From an uncultured Gemmatimonadales bacterium (GTDB lineage: Bacteria > Gemmatimonadota > Gemmatimonadetes > Longimicrobiales > RSA9), in the NCBI GenBank assembly GCA_963708135.1, contig OY970192.1, positions 5,248,001-5,312,000 on the forward strand: a DNA stretch of 64,000 nt. The letters are read 5' to 3'. A program made the translations under genes and the position numbers. Positions 1 through 9,797 of this stretch are shown here, piece after piece. A model generated the notes under the pieces. It did no database searches. It was not told the origin of the DNA and saw only the letters and a program-made list of their open reading frames with translations. How positions within the stretch are numbered: the stretch's first letter is position 1; every line of letters starts with the position of its first letter.

Positions 1-2
1 AC

Positions 3-755
3 CACGAGGCGCTGTCCGCCTCGCTGCACCGTCGCGACACCGTGCGCACGCGCGACAGCGAGCGCTACCGCGAGGCGTTGGCCGACAGGGAGCGGGCGCG
101 CGCCCTGGTCGTCCGCACCCTCGACGAGCGACACCTCGACGCGCTCCTCTATCCGACCATGCGCCGCGAGCCCGCCCTCATCGGCCAGCCGCAGCCCGGC
201 TCCACCTGCTTCCTCAGCGCCGTCACCGGACTACCCGCCCTGGCCGCGCCCGCCGGCTTCACTCCCGATGGGCTGCCCCTCGGCGTCGAGCTGCTCGGCC
301 GCCCGCTCGACGATGCGCGGCTGCTCGCCTTCGCCTACGCCTACGAGCGGGCGACCCACCCGCGCCGGCCTCCCGACGCCACGCCGCCGCTCGTCGCCGG
401 ACGCGCGCCGGCGCCCGTCTCCCTCGCGCTCGAGGATGCCCCGGCCGCCCCGGCGGCGCACGCCGAGCTGGCCTTCAATGCGCCCACCGCGGCCCTGCGC
501 TACCACGTCCGGGTGAACGCGCCCGCCGGCGACGTCTACGCCGTCGGCATCCACCGCCAGATGGCCGACGCGCGGGGGCCGATGCTCTTCCATCTCGGGG
601 GACCGGGAATGGCCGAGGTGGCCGGAGAGCTGACGCTCGACGCGCCGGCGCGCGCGGACCTGCGGGCGGGGCGGCTCGCCCTCGTCGTCTACACCCGGGA
701 GCACCCGCTCGGGCAGCTCGTGGGGCGGCTCGCGCTGCCGGCGGCGCCTCGCTAG
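3..755 (+). CDS. Amidase-signature family protein with C-terminal CHRD-like domain (5' partial)
   Basis: Amidase C-terminal motifs LSAVTGLPALAAPAGFTPDGLPLGVELLGRP..DARLLAFAYAYE, then a CHRD-like segment (YAVGIH...DLRAGRL..VYTREHPLGQLVGRL); frame is open back to the window edge. Confidence 0.8.
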   Translation, partial: HEALSASLHRRDTVRTRDSERYREALADRERARALVVRTLDERHLDALLYPTMRREPALIGQPQPGSTCFLSAVTGLPALAAPAGFTPDGLPLGVELLGRPLDDARLLAFAYAYERATHPRRPPDATPPLVAGRAPAPVSLALEDAPAAPAAHAELAFNAPTAALRYHVRVNAPAGDVYAVGIHRQMADARGPMLFHLGGPGMAEVAGELTLDAPARADLRAGRLALVVYTREHPLGQLVGRLALPAAPR

Positions 756-798
756 CGCCGCGATCCGGAGGCGGCCTGCGCGCGAACCCCGGCAGCGC

Positions 799-1941
799 TC
801 AGTCGGGTCCGGAGCCGCGGAAGCGGTCGAGCCGGAACGGTGTAAGGTCGAACGCCGTCGTGCCGGTCAGGGCGAGGTCCGCCAGGATCTCGCCGATCGC
901 GGGCGAGAACTTGAAGCCGTGGCCCGAGCACGGGCTGGCCACGAGCACCGCCGGGTGCGCCGGGTGCGCATCGATCAGGAAATGCGAGTCCGGCGTGTTC
1001 GTGTACATGCAGGCGGCCGTTTCGGTGCACGGCCCCGCCGCCGCCGGCAGGTACGCCCGCACGAGGTCCCCCAGGGGCGCGACCTCCGCCGGCTTCACCT
1101 CCCGCCTCAGCGCTTCGGGGCGCGACACCGCCTCGCCGTGGTGGTGGGCCGCCACCTTGACGCCGTGCCCGGTGTCGGGGAAGCCGTACCATACGCGGCC
1201 CGGCGAGAGCTCGTGCAGGAAGATCGGGAAGCGCTCGGGCGCGTAGAGCGGCGTCGGCACCGATGGGCCGAACCAGGCGAGCACCGCCCGCTCGATCTCG
1301 AGCGGAAGCGCCAGCTCCGGCACGAGGCCGCCAAGCCATGCCCCGGCCGCGAGGATCAGCCGTGCCGCCGCGTAGCGGCCGCCCGCGGTACGCACCTCGA
1401 CCACGTCGCCGTCCGCCGTCCAGGAGACGACCGGCTCGCCGAGCCGCAGGTCCGCGCCGGCTGACCCTGCCAACCCGAGCTGCGCCGCGATCGCCCGCTC
1501 CGGGAAGAGCAGTCCCGCGCGCGGCTCCAGGACCGCCACCGAGTCGTCCGGCGGACGGAATCCCGGCACGCGACGCCGCACCTCGTCCGCCGTGAGCACC
1601 TCGTGGGCGAGGCCGTGGGTCTCCGCGCTCCGGAGCGCGCCCGCCACCAGCTCGCCGTCGGGCGGGCCGACCATCAGCCCGCCGGTCCGCACCAGCAGTC
1701 GCGCACCGGTCCGCTCCTCGAGCCGCTCCCACAGGGCGTAGGCCCGCTGTACCAGCGGCACGTAGAGCGGGTGCTCGAAGTAGGCCTCCCGGATGATCCG
1801 CGAGCGCCCGTGCGAGGAGCCCAGCGCGTGGGGCGGCGCGTACCGGTCCAGCCCCAGCACCCGCGCCCCGCGCCCCGCCGCCTCGGCCGCCGCCGCGCTC
1901 CCCATCGCCCCGAGCCCCACCACGATCACGTCGTACGCCAT
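799..1941 (-). CDS. solA: N-methyl-L-tryptophan oxidase / monomeric sarcosine oxidase family
   Basis: GLGAMG FAD motif, GSSHGRSRIIR, CMYTNTPDSHFLID, SGHGFKF. Confidence 0.9.
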   Translation of the reverse strand: MAYDVIVVGLGAMGSAAAAEAAGRGARVLGLDRYAPPHALGSSHGRSRIIREAYFEHPLYVPLVQRAYALWERLEERTGARLLVRTGGLMVGPPDGELVAGALRSAETHGLAHEVLTADEVRRRVPGFRPPDDSVAVLEPRAGLLFPERAIAAQLGLAGSAGADLRLGEPVVSWTADGDVVEVRTAGGRYAAARLILAAGAWLGGLVPELALPLEIERAVLAWFGPSVPTPLYAPERFPIFLHELSPGRVWYGFPDTGHGVKVAAHHHGEAVSRPEALRREVKPAEVAPLGDLVRAYLPAAAGPCTETAACMYTNTPDSHFLIDAHPAHPAVLVASPCSGHGFKFSPAIGEILADLALTGTTAFDLTPFRLDRFRGSGPD

Positions 1942-2008
1942 GCGTCGCCTCCGCCGCGCTTCGTCGCCTCCCGATGAAGCTCGGCCCCGCCGACCTCCGG
2001 CGGGGCCA

Positions 2009-2081
2009 CTGGGGCGGCAGGGTTCGAACCTGCAACCTGCCGGTTAACAGCCGGCCGCTCTGCCTGTTGAGCTACGCCCCA
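2009..2081 (-). tRNA. tRNA-Asn(GTT)
   Basis: Cloverleaf: acceptor TGGGGCG/CGCCCCA plus discriminator G, D arm TAGCTCAACAGGCAGAGC, anticodon arm CCGG-CT-GTT-AA-CCGG, T arm GCAGG-TTCGAAC-CCTGC; CCA not encoded. Confidence 0.95.
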
Positions 2082-2099
2082 TCCTGCACGCACACCACG

Positions 2100-2130
2100 A
2101 AAAAAAGGCCCCCCCCCGAGGGAGAGGGCC
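2100..2130 (-). terminator. Intrinsic terminator-like hairpin with U7 tail just upstream of tRNA-Asn
   Basis: Minus strand GC-rich hairpin (GGGCCCTCTCCC-TCG-G-rich arm) followed by TTTTTTT. Confidence 0.6.
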
Positions 2131-2294
2131 CGGATTCGCGCGATCGGTCCTCCCGATCAGTCGCCCCGCGCCGGCACGCGCGGGAACCCGGCCGCCTCTC
2201 CCCTGCGGGAGCGCGGGTTTCGCTGCGCTGTCCACGAATTTCGGGTTCCGAGCATGTTCGCCGCCGGTCGCGGTTGTATACAGAGGCTGCCGAA

Positions 2295-2323
2295 AAGCTC
2301 GCCGCCCGCCCCCCCGTTGTCAA
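2295..2323 (-). promoter_or_regulatory. Putative sigma70 promoter for the structured leader / tRNA-Asn
   Basis: TTGACA-17 nt-GAGCTT (perfect -35, weak -10). Confidence 0.4.
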
Positions 2324-2631
2324 CCCTGCCGCCCGGCCGCGTCACGCCCGCGCCCATGCAACCCATCTCGCGCTCGGAGCGTCCAATGAGATGGAGCGGG
2401 CTCGTCCCGCTCGGCTCCGTGGTCGCGGGTCGCGGTTGGGCCCGCGCCCGGAGCAGGAGCAGCATCCCACCTCTCGAGGGAGCGGACGTGCGGGTCCGCT
2501 CCCTCGTCTCCTGTCCGGAACCCCGGACCGCTGCCCTGTTCCGAACGCACTACGATCCGCTTATCTTCAGTAGCAGTCGAGACTTTCAGAACCGAGCGTC
2601 GCTATATGTCCCATCTGAGGAAGCCCCGTTC

Positions 2632-5406
2632 GTGAGGGACGCGCGCGAGTCGCATAGCGGGCGCGGGGAGGCCGCGGCGAGCTCCGGGGCGGGGGCCGTC
2701 CGGGGCGCGGGCAGGCCACAGGAGCCCGCGGCCACGCTGCACGAGCGGCGGTTGCGGAAGCTGCTGGAGAACGCGCTGGAGTCGGTGACGGTGCTGTCGC
2801 CGGACGGCGAGATCATGGAGCACAGCGTCGCGCTGGAGCGGATGCTGGGCTACGACCCGGGTGAGCTGCGGGGCGAGCACGCGTTCGGGCTGGTGCATCC
2901 GGCCGACCGGGAGGCTACGGAGGCGGTCTTCCGGGATCTGCTCGCGCGGCCGACGGGCTCGGTCGTCACGCACGAGTATCGCTGCGTGCGAAAGGATGGC
3001 GGCCTCGCCTACCTCGAGTCCGTGGCCACGAACCTGGTGGACGATCCCGACATCGGCGGGGTGGTGGTCAACTCGCGGGACGTGAGCGCACGCAAGCGGG
3101 CGGAGCGCGAGCTGGCCGCGCGGGAGGCGCATCTGCGGGCGATCCTGGATGCGGAGCCGGAATGCGTGAAGCTCGTGGGCCCGGACGGCGCGATTCTGGA
3201 CATGAACCCGGCCGGCCTGGCGATGCTGGGCGCGGAGGAGCTCCCGGAGATCATCGGCCGCTCGATCTACGGCTTCGTCGCGCCGGAGCACCGGGACGCC
3301 TACCGCCACGTGCACGCGGCGGCGCTGCGGGGAGGGGGCGGCAGGCTGGAGTTCCAGCTCCTGGGGCCGCCCGACCAACCCCCGCGCTGGATGTCCAGCC
3401 ACATGGTGCCGCTGCGCGGTCCCGGCGGCGCGGTGGCGGCCGTCCTCTCCATCGCCCGGGACGTGACGGAGCAGCGCCGCGCGCGCGACGCGCTCGCCGC
3501 CAGCGAGCGGCGCTTCCGGGCGCTGCTCGAGGCGCTTCCGGTCGGCGTGGTGGTCGCCGATGCGGGCGGCGCGCTGCTCGAGGCCAACCCCGCCGCGCTG
3601 CACGCCTGGGGGGCGGAGCGGCTGGAGGCCAGCCCCCGAGAGTACACGCAGTTTCACGCCCGCCGGATGCCGTCCGGCGAGCCGCTGCCGGCCGGGGACT
3701 GGGCCATGGCGCGCGTGCTCCGCGGCGAGATGGTGGAGAACCCGGAGGAGTTGGAGATCGAGGCGTTCGACGGGGTGCGTCGTCGCCTGCTGCACTACGC
3801 CTTCCCGCTACGCGACGAGGCCGGCAGCCTCACCGGCGGCGTGGTGGTCCTGGTCGATCTGACGGCGCTGCGTGCCACCGAAGCGGCGCTCCACGAGAGC
3901 GAGAGCCGGCTCCGTCTCTCCCTGGAGCGCATGCCCGCCGTGCTCTGGATGACCGACGCGGAGCTGCGCCTCACGTGGGCCGAGGGCGCCGGCTTCACCG
4001 GCATCGGCGTCGCCCCCGCCGAGCGGATCGGGCAGAGCCTGTTCGAGTTCTTCGAGACCGGCGACGCCGCCTTCGCGCCGATCGCCGCCCACCGCCGCTC
4101 TCTCGCCGGCGAGACCGTTGACTACGAGATGGACTGGGCGGGGCGCACCTTCCACGCGCACGTCCAGCCGCTGCGCGAGGGAGAGCGCATCACCGGCGTG
4201 ATCGGCTTCGCGCTCGACCTGACCGAGCAGCGGCTGCTCGAGTCGCAGCTCCACCAGGCGCAGAAGATGGAGGCGGTGGGCCGCCTGGCCGGCGGCATCG
4301 CCCACGACTTCAACAACATCCTCACCTCGATCCAGGGCTTCACCGAGCTGCTCCTCGGCGACGCCGACCGCGCCGACCCGCGCCGCGCCGACCTCGAGGA
4401 GATCCGCCGCGCGGCCGAGCGCGCCGCCTCCCTGACCCGCCAGCTCCTGGCCTTCAGCCGCAGGCAGGTGCTCCAGCCGACCGTCCTCGATCTCGGCGAC
4501 GTCCTCACCGCCATGGAGCCGATGCTCCGCCGCGTCATCGGCGAGGACATCGCCTTCACCGTGGACGCCGATCCGCAGGCGGGCCGCGTCGAGGCCGACC
4601 CCGGCCAGATGGAGCAGGTCATCCTGAACCTCGTCGTGAATGCCCGCGATGCCATGCCCGGCGGCGGTCGGCTGACCGTCTCCACCGCCGCCCGCTCCGT
4701 CACCGCCGCCGAGGCCGCGAGGCTGAACGGGATCCGCCCCGGCCCCTATGTCGAGCTGCGCGTCCGCGATACCGGCGTCGGCATCGACCCCGAGACCCGC
4801 GCGCGCATCTTCGAGCCGTTCTTCACCACGAAGGAGCATGGCCGGGGCACCGGCCTCGGGCTCAGCACCGTCTACGGCATCCTCGACCAGAGCGGCGGCA
4901 CGGTCGCCGTGGACAGCGCCCCCGAAGGCGGCACGCTCTTCCGCGCCCTGCTGCCGCGCACCGAGCGCGTGCCCGCCGCGCCGCGGCCCCGCCGGGAGGC
5001 CGACGCGGCCCCACGCACCACGGAAGCCACCGTGCTGCTCGTGGAAGACGACGCCGCCGTCCGCGCCCTGGCCGTGCGCGCGCTGCGGCGCGCCGGCTAC
5101 CACGTCCTCGAGGCCGCCGACGGCGCCGGTGCACTGGCCGTCCTCGAGGACGCCGCGCGCGGAGTCCAGCTCGTCGTCACCGATGTCGTGATGCCCGGGA
5201 TGGGGGGCCGCGAGCTCGCCTCGCGCATCGCGGAGCGCTGGGGCGCGATCCCCATCCTCTTCACCTCCGGCTACACCGAGGACGAGGTGCTGCGTCGCGG
5301 GATCCGCGAGCTCGACGAGGACTTTCTCGCCAAGCCGTTTTCGCCGGAGGAGCTCGCGGGGGCGGTCGCGGGGATTCTCGGGCGGGGTGAGGGTGAGGGG
5401 GGGTGA
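2632..5406 (+). CDS. Multi-PAS hybrid sensor histidine kinase/response regulator (CckA-like architecture)
   Basis: Four PAS/PAC repeats, H-box LAGGIAHDFNN, NLVVNARDAMP, FEPFFTTK..GTGLGL, receiver LLVEDD..TDVVMPG..KPF; start codon uncertain. Confidence 0.9.
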   Translation: MRDARESHSGRGEAAASSGAGAVRGAGRPQEPAATLHERRLRKLLENALESVTVLSPDGEIMEHSVALERMLGYDPGELRGEHAFGLVHPADREATEAVFRDLLARPTGSVVTHEYRCVRKDGGLAYLESVATNLVDDPDIGGVVVNSRDVSARKRAERELAAREAHLRAILDAEPECVKLVGPDGAILDMNPAGLAMLGAEELPEIIGRSIYGFVAPEHRDAYRHVHAAALRGGGGRLEFQLLGPPDQPPRWMSSHMVPLRGPGGAVAAVLSIARDVTEQRRARDALAASERRFRALLEALPVGVVVADAGGALLEANPAALHAWGAERLEASPREYTQFHARRMPSGEPLPAGDWAMARVLRGEMVENPEELEIEAFDGVRRRLLHYAFPLRDEAGSLTGGVVVLVDLTALRATEAALHESESRLRLSLERMPAVLWMTDAELRLTWAEGAGFTGIGVAPAERIGQSLFEFFETGDAAFAPIAAHRRSLAGETVDYEMDWAGRTFHAHVQPLREGERITGVIGFALDLTEQRLLESQLHQAQKMEAVGRLAGGIAHDFNNILTSIQGFTELLLGDADRADPRRADLEEIRRAAERAASLTRQLLAFSRRQVLQPTVLDLGDVLTAMEPMLRRVIGEDIAFTVDADPQAGRVEADPGQMEQVILNLVVNARDAMPGGGRLTVSTAARSVTAAEAARLNGIRPGPYVELRVRDTGVGIDPETRARIFEPFFTTKEHGRGTGLGLSTVYGILDQSGGTVAVDSAPEGGTLFRALLPRTERVPAAPRPRREADAAPRTTEATVLLVEDDAAVRALAVRALRRAGYHVLEAADGAGALAVLEDAARGVQLVVTDVVMPGMGGRELASRIAERWGAIPILFTSGYTEDEVLRRGIRELDEDFLAKPFSPEELAGAVAGILGRGEGEGG

Positions 5407-5470
5407 GGGGGAGGGTGAGGGCGGGGATTCGGCTTGGGGTGAGTACAGGGGGAGGGTGAGGGAAAGGGGG
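5383..5470. repeat. Left arm of a long imperfect inverted repeat enclosing the four-helix-bundle gene
   Basis: GGATTCGGCTTGGGGTGAGTACAGGGGGAGGG is a near-perfect reverse complement of CCCTCCCCCTGTACTCACCCATACCCGAATCC at ~6086-6117. Confidence 0.8.
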
Positions 5471-5484
5471 GAAGGGGTTGGGGT

Positions 5485-5841
5485 TTAGGGGGAGGGGGCG
5501 ACGCGTTTGCAGAGGGCGATCAGCATGGCCACGATCTCCAGCAGGAGCGTCCGGGCGGCCGAGTCATTCAGGGCGCTCCTCCGGCGCAGGAGGGAGAGGA
5601 TGGCGGAGCATTCGCCCGCGGACCGGAGCGCGATCCTGTAGAAGCGGACCTTCTCCTTCGGGCTGAACTCCGTGGCTCCTTCCGCAATGTTCAGCGGGAT
5701 CGAGATCGCAGCGCGGCGGAGCTGGTCCGCCAGGTGGGACGACCCCGGCGGCAGATTCCCCGCGAGCTCGTCGGCCCACACCGCGAACTCCTCCGCCTTC
5801 CGGAACACCACCAGCCGCTCGTGCGGGAACCCTTCGGTCAT
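5485..5841 (-). CDS. Four helix bundle protein (23S rRNA IVS protein / TIGR02436 family)
   Basis: HERLVVFRKA...LADQLRRAAISIPLNIAEG...RFYRIALRSAGEC signature; 118 aa. Confidence 0.9.
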   Translation of the reverse strand: MTEGFPHERLVVFRKAEEFAVWADELAGNLPPGSSHLADQLRRAAISIPLNIAEGATEFSPKEKVRFYRIALRSAGECSAILSLLRRRSALNDSAARTLLLEIVAMLIALCKRVAPSP

Positions 5842-5984
5842 TGGCCTCCCCCGGCGCTCTCTGACCCCCCCCACCCCCCCCACCCCCCCCATCCCCTCAC
5901 CCTCTCCCCCGGAATCTCACACCCGGAGCGGGGCGCCCCCATAGCCAATGCGGCAACCTCCCCAACCGCCACCCCCGCCCCCCG

Positions 5985-6083
5985 CCCCCGCCCTCCTCCC
6001 CCCGCCCTCCTCTCCCTCCCCCGCCCTCCTCCCCCCGCCCTCCTCTCCCTCCCCCGCCCTCCTCCCCCCGCCCTCCTCTCCCT
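5985..6083. repeat. 33-bp C-rich tandem repeat x3
   Basis: CCCCCGCCCTCCTCCCCCCGCCCTCCTCTCCCT repeated three times. Confidence 0.9.
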
Positions 6084-6167
6084 CCCCCTCCCCCTGTACT
6101 CACCCATACCCGAATCCGCACCCTCCCCCTCCCCCTCGTCCTCCCTCACCCCCACCCTCACCCCCGC
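6072..6167. repeat. Right arm of the inverted repeat enclosing the four-helix-bundle gene
   Basis: Reverse-complement match to 5383-5470. Confidence 0.8.
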
Positions 6168-6235
6168 TTGCCAGGCGCCCGGATAGGAGAGAAGATTCGA
6201 TCCCCGGCTCATCCCTGAAGAAACGAGGCCCAGCA

Positions 6236-7996
<1,761 letters not shown>

Positions 7997-8156
7997 GACG
8001 GTCTGGAGTGGAGTGGGAGAGTGGGAGAGCGGGAGAGCCCGGGCCGACGGCGCCGCGAATGCGGAGCGCCGGGCCTCGCGCCCTTCCGGCCCTCCCCGGT
8101 GGCCCGGGTGCTGGTGCCAGGCCGCCCGGGTGCTGGGTGCCAGGCCCGGACCGGCC

Positions 8157-8460
8157 GCCGGAATCGCCGGCGCCGCCGTTTCGGTGACCGGCGTCCGCCG
8201 CAATCGTCGCCCACTCTCCCACTCGGGGGGTGGTCGGGGGGGCGGAAAGGGCGGGAAGGCGCGGCACCGCTCCGGTGACCCGTGGCGCCGGAATCGCCGG
8301 CGCGCCCACCTGGCCCGGTGACCGGCGTCCGCCGCAATCGTCGCCCGGTCTCCCACTCTCCCACTCTCCCACTCTCCCACTCTCCCACTCTCCCACTCTC
8401 CCACTCTCCCACTCTCCCACTCTCCCACTCGGGGGGTGGTCGGGGAAGGGCGGAAAGGCC
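8157..8460. repeat. Duplicated ~95-bp intergenic unit; the second copy carries a (TCTCCCAC)10 expansion at 8349-8428
   Basis: GCCGGAATCGCCGGCGC...GGTGACCGGCGTCCGCCGCAATCGTCGCCC...CTCCCACTCGGGGGGTGGTCGGGG present at 8157 and 8287. Confidence 0.9.
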
Positions 8461-8479
8461 GGGGGGAGTCAGGCAGATG

Positions 8480-8770
8480 CAAGAACCCCCGGCAGCCGGA
8501 CAAGTCCGATTACCGGGGGTCCCTGTAACTGGCGAGAGCCGAGGTCCGCTGGGTTCGGTACCACGTCTTGCGACGCGCCCGGAACCTCCTCTCTCTTCTC
8601 CTTGCCACGCGGCCCGTGGCTCGGGTGCCCCTTGGCCTGGGGCGTCGGCTGCGGCCAGTCGCCTCGCAGTCGGCTCACCGTGTTCCGAACCGCCGGTGAG
8701 CGGCCTCCGGAAAGCGTCCCTTTCGGAGGCGACGTCCTCGGGCGGTAGGCCGCCCGCCCGCTGACGTCTG
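8480..8770 (-). ncRNA. Candidate ~290-nt multi-hairpin non-coding RNA of unknown family
   Basis: Own promoter, about seven consecutive stem-loops, terminal long hairpin, no credible ORF. Confidence 0.6.
8483..8521 (-). terminator. Terminal hairpin of the candidate ncRNA
   Basis: GACCCCCGGTAATCGGAC-TT-GTCCGGCTGCCGGGGGTTC followed by TTG (short U tail). Confidence 0.55.
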
Positions 8771-8776
8771 CGAACA

Positions 8777-8805
8777 ATGATACTCCCACCCCCGCCCTCG
8801 GTCAA
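8777..8805 (-). promoter_or_regulatory. sigma70-type promoter
   Basis: TTGACC-17 nt-TATCAT, 5/6 matches in both boxes against a very GC-rich background. Confidence 0.75.
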
Positions 8806-8822
8806 GCCTTTTCGACGATCCC

Positions 8823-8849
8823 GTAACATTATGTAGCATAATGCGTTAC
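8823..8849. promoter_or_regulatory. AT-rich palindromic protein-binding site (dif-like)
   Basis: GTAA-CATTATG-TAG-CATAATG-CGTTAC. Confidence 0.5.
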
Positions 8850-8884
8850 ACTAATCGTCCCGGAAAGCGTCGATGCCCGCGCAG

Positions 8885-9035
8885 GAGTCCACACCGCAAC
8901 CGCCCGGCCCCCTTTCACTTCCCCGCTTGTAACAATTTCAATTCACAGAAATTACCATTCTTTCCACGAGCAACAGCGAGATGTCCACGCTCGCTGGCCG
9001 CTTTCCACGCGCTTTCCACGAGCGGCTGTGGAGAA
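8885..9035. other. Cluster of DnaA-box-like 9-mers beside an AT-rich tract
   Basis: CTTTCCACG x3 (8960, 9001, 9012), ATGTCCACG (8981), TTCTCCACA on minus (9027-9035); AT-rich 8927-8960. Confidence 0.35.
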
Positions 9036-9196
9036 AGCACAGGAGGGGGTCCGGCGGACGGCCGCTCTTGCGGGCGGCGTGCGCACGGCGCCACCTTTGG
9101 CGGCAGAGCCGACCGATCCGGTCGTCGCCTCGCGGCGGTCCGCCGAGGCGGCGGCAGCCAGGATTCAACAGATACCCCCGCCATCCGGAGGAATCC

Positions 9197-9604
9197 ATGC
9201 CGAAGCGTCGTTTCGTGCCCGTGCTGGCGGGCCTGGCCACCGCCCTGCTGCTGGCCGGCTGCGGCAGCAGCGACTCGACCGGCCCGACGACGGACCTCGC
9301 GGGGAGCTACACGCTGCAGGCGCTGACGATCAGCGGGCAGTCGGTGCCGGTCCCGACGTTCGCGACGGGTACGCTGGTGCTGACGGCGACGACCTACAAC
9401 GTGAACGTGGCGGTCACGATCCCGGGGCAGGAGACGACGTACGCGGACCAGGGGACGTATACGGTCTCGGGCAGCACGTGGACGCAGACGTCCACGGTCA
9501 CGCAGGGGCAGGTGACGACGGGGACCTACAGCCAGAGCGGGAACACGCTGACGGTGAACGTGGAGGTCGAGGGCCAGGCCACCTCAATGGTCTGGGCGAA
9601 ATAG
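9197..9604 (+). CDS. Lipoprotein, Thr-rich beta-strand (lipocalin-like) fold
   Basis: RBS GGAGG, lipobox LLLAGC, LAGSYTL...GTYTVSGST pattern. Confidence 0.8.
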   Translation: MPKRRFVPVLAGLATALLLAGCGSSDSTGPTTDLAGSYTLQALTISGQSVPVPTFATGTLVLTATTYNVNVAVTIPGQETTYADQGTYTVSGSTWTQTSTVTQGQVTTGTYSQSGNTLTVNVEVEGQATSMVWAK

Positions 9605-9797
9605 GGACCTCCGGCTGTGCGCGCGGGCGCGCCTCACGCAAGCCCGGCGAGGCCGGCGCCGAACGGGGCGCCGGCCTCGCCGCATCCCGCGGGCTGGCGC
9701 CCGCGTCCGTCCCTCAGCTGCTTCCCCCGCGCACCTTCCGCCTCAGGAGACGGGCTCGCAGCGGGGAAAGGGGCGTTTGCGGCGGCCGGCCGGCCCC

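Noticed and set aside
2009..2081. tRNA used as an integration site (attL/attR)
   Set aside because: No integrase and no duplicated tRNA 3' end found in the window
2157..2255. 32-aa leader peptide upstream of tRNA-Asn
   Set aside because: No RBS, no amino-acid run, and atypical codons
2243..2380. 6S RNA on the plus strand
   Set aside because: Only about 9 bp of terminal pairing and no extended rod structure
5485..5841. 23S rRNA intervening sequence or DGR
   Set aside because: No rRNA sequence, reverse transcriptase or TR/VR pair nearby
5948..6235. Pro-rich N-terminal extension of the deacylase
   Set aside because: It is a translation of C-rich tandem repeats; a signal peptide starts at 6236
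8700..8735. c-di-GMP-I riboswitch (CGAAAGGGACGC)
   Set aside because: Lacks the GGCAAACC and GCAAAGCC elements and has no downstream gene in the sense orientation
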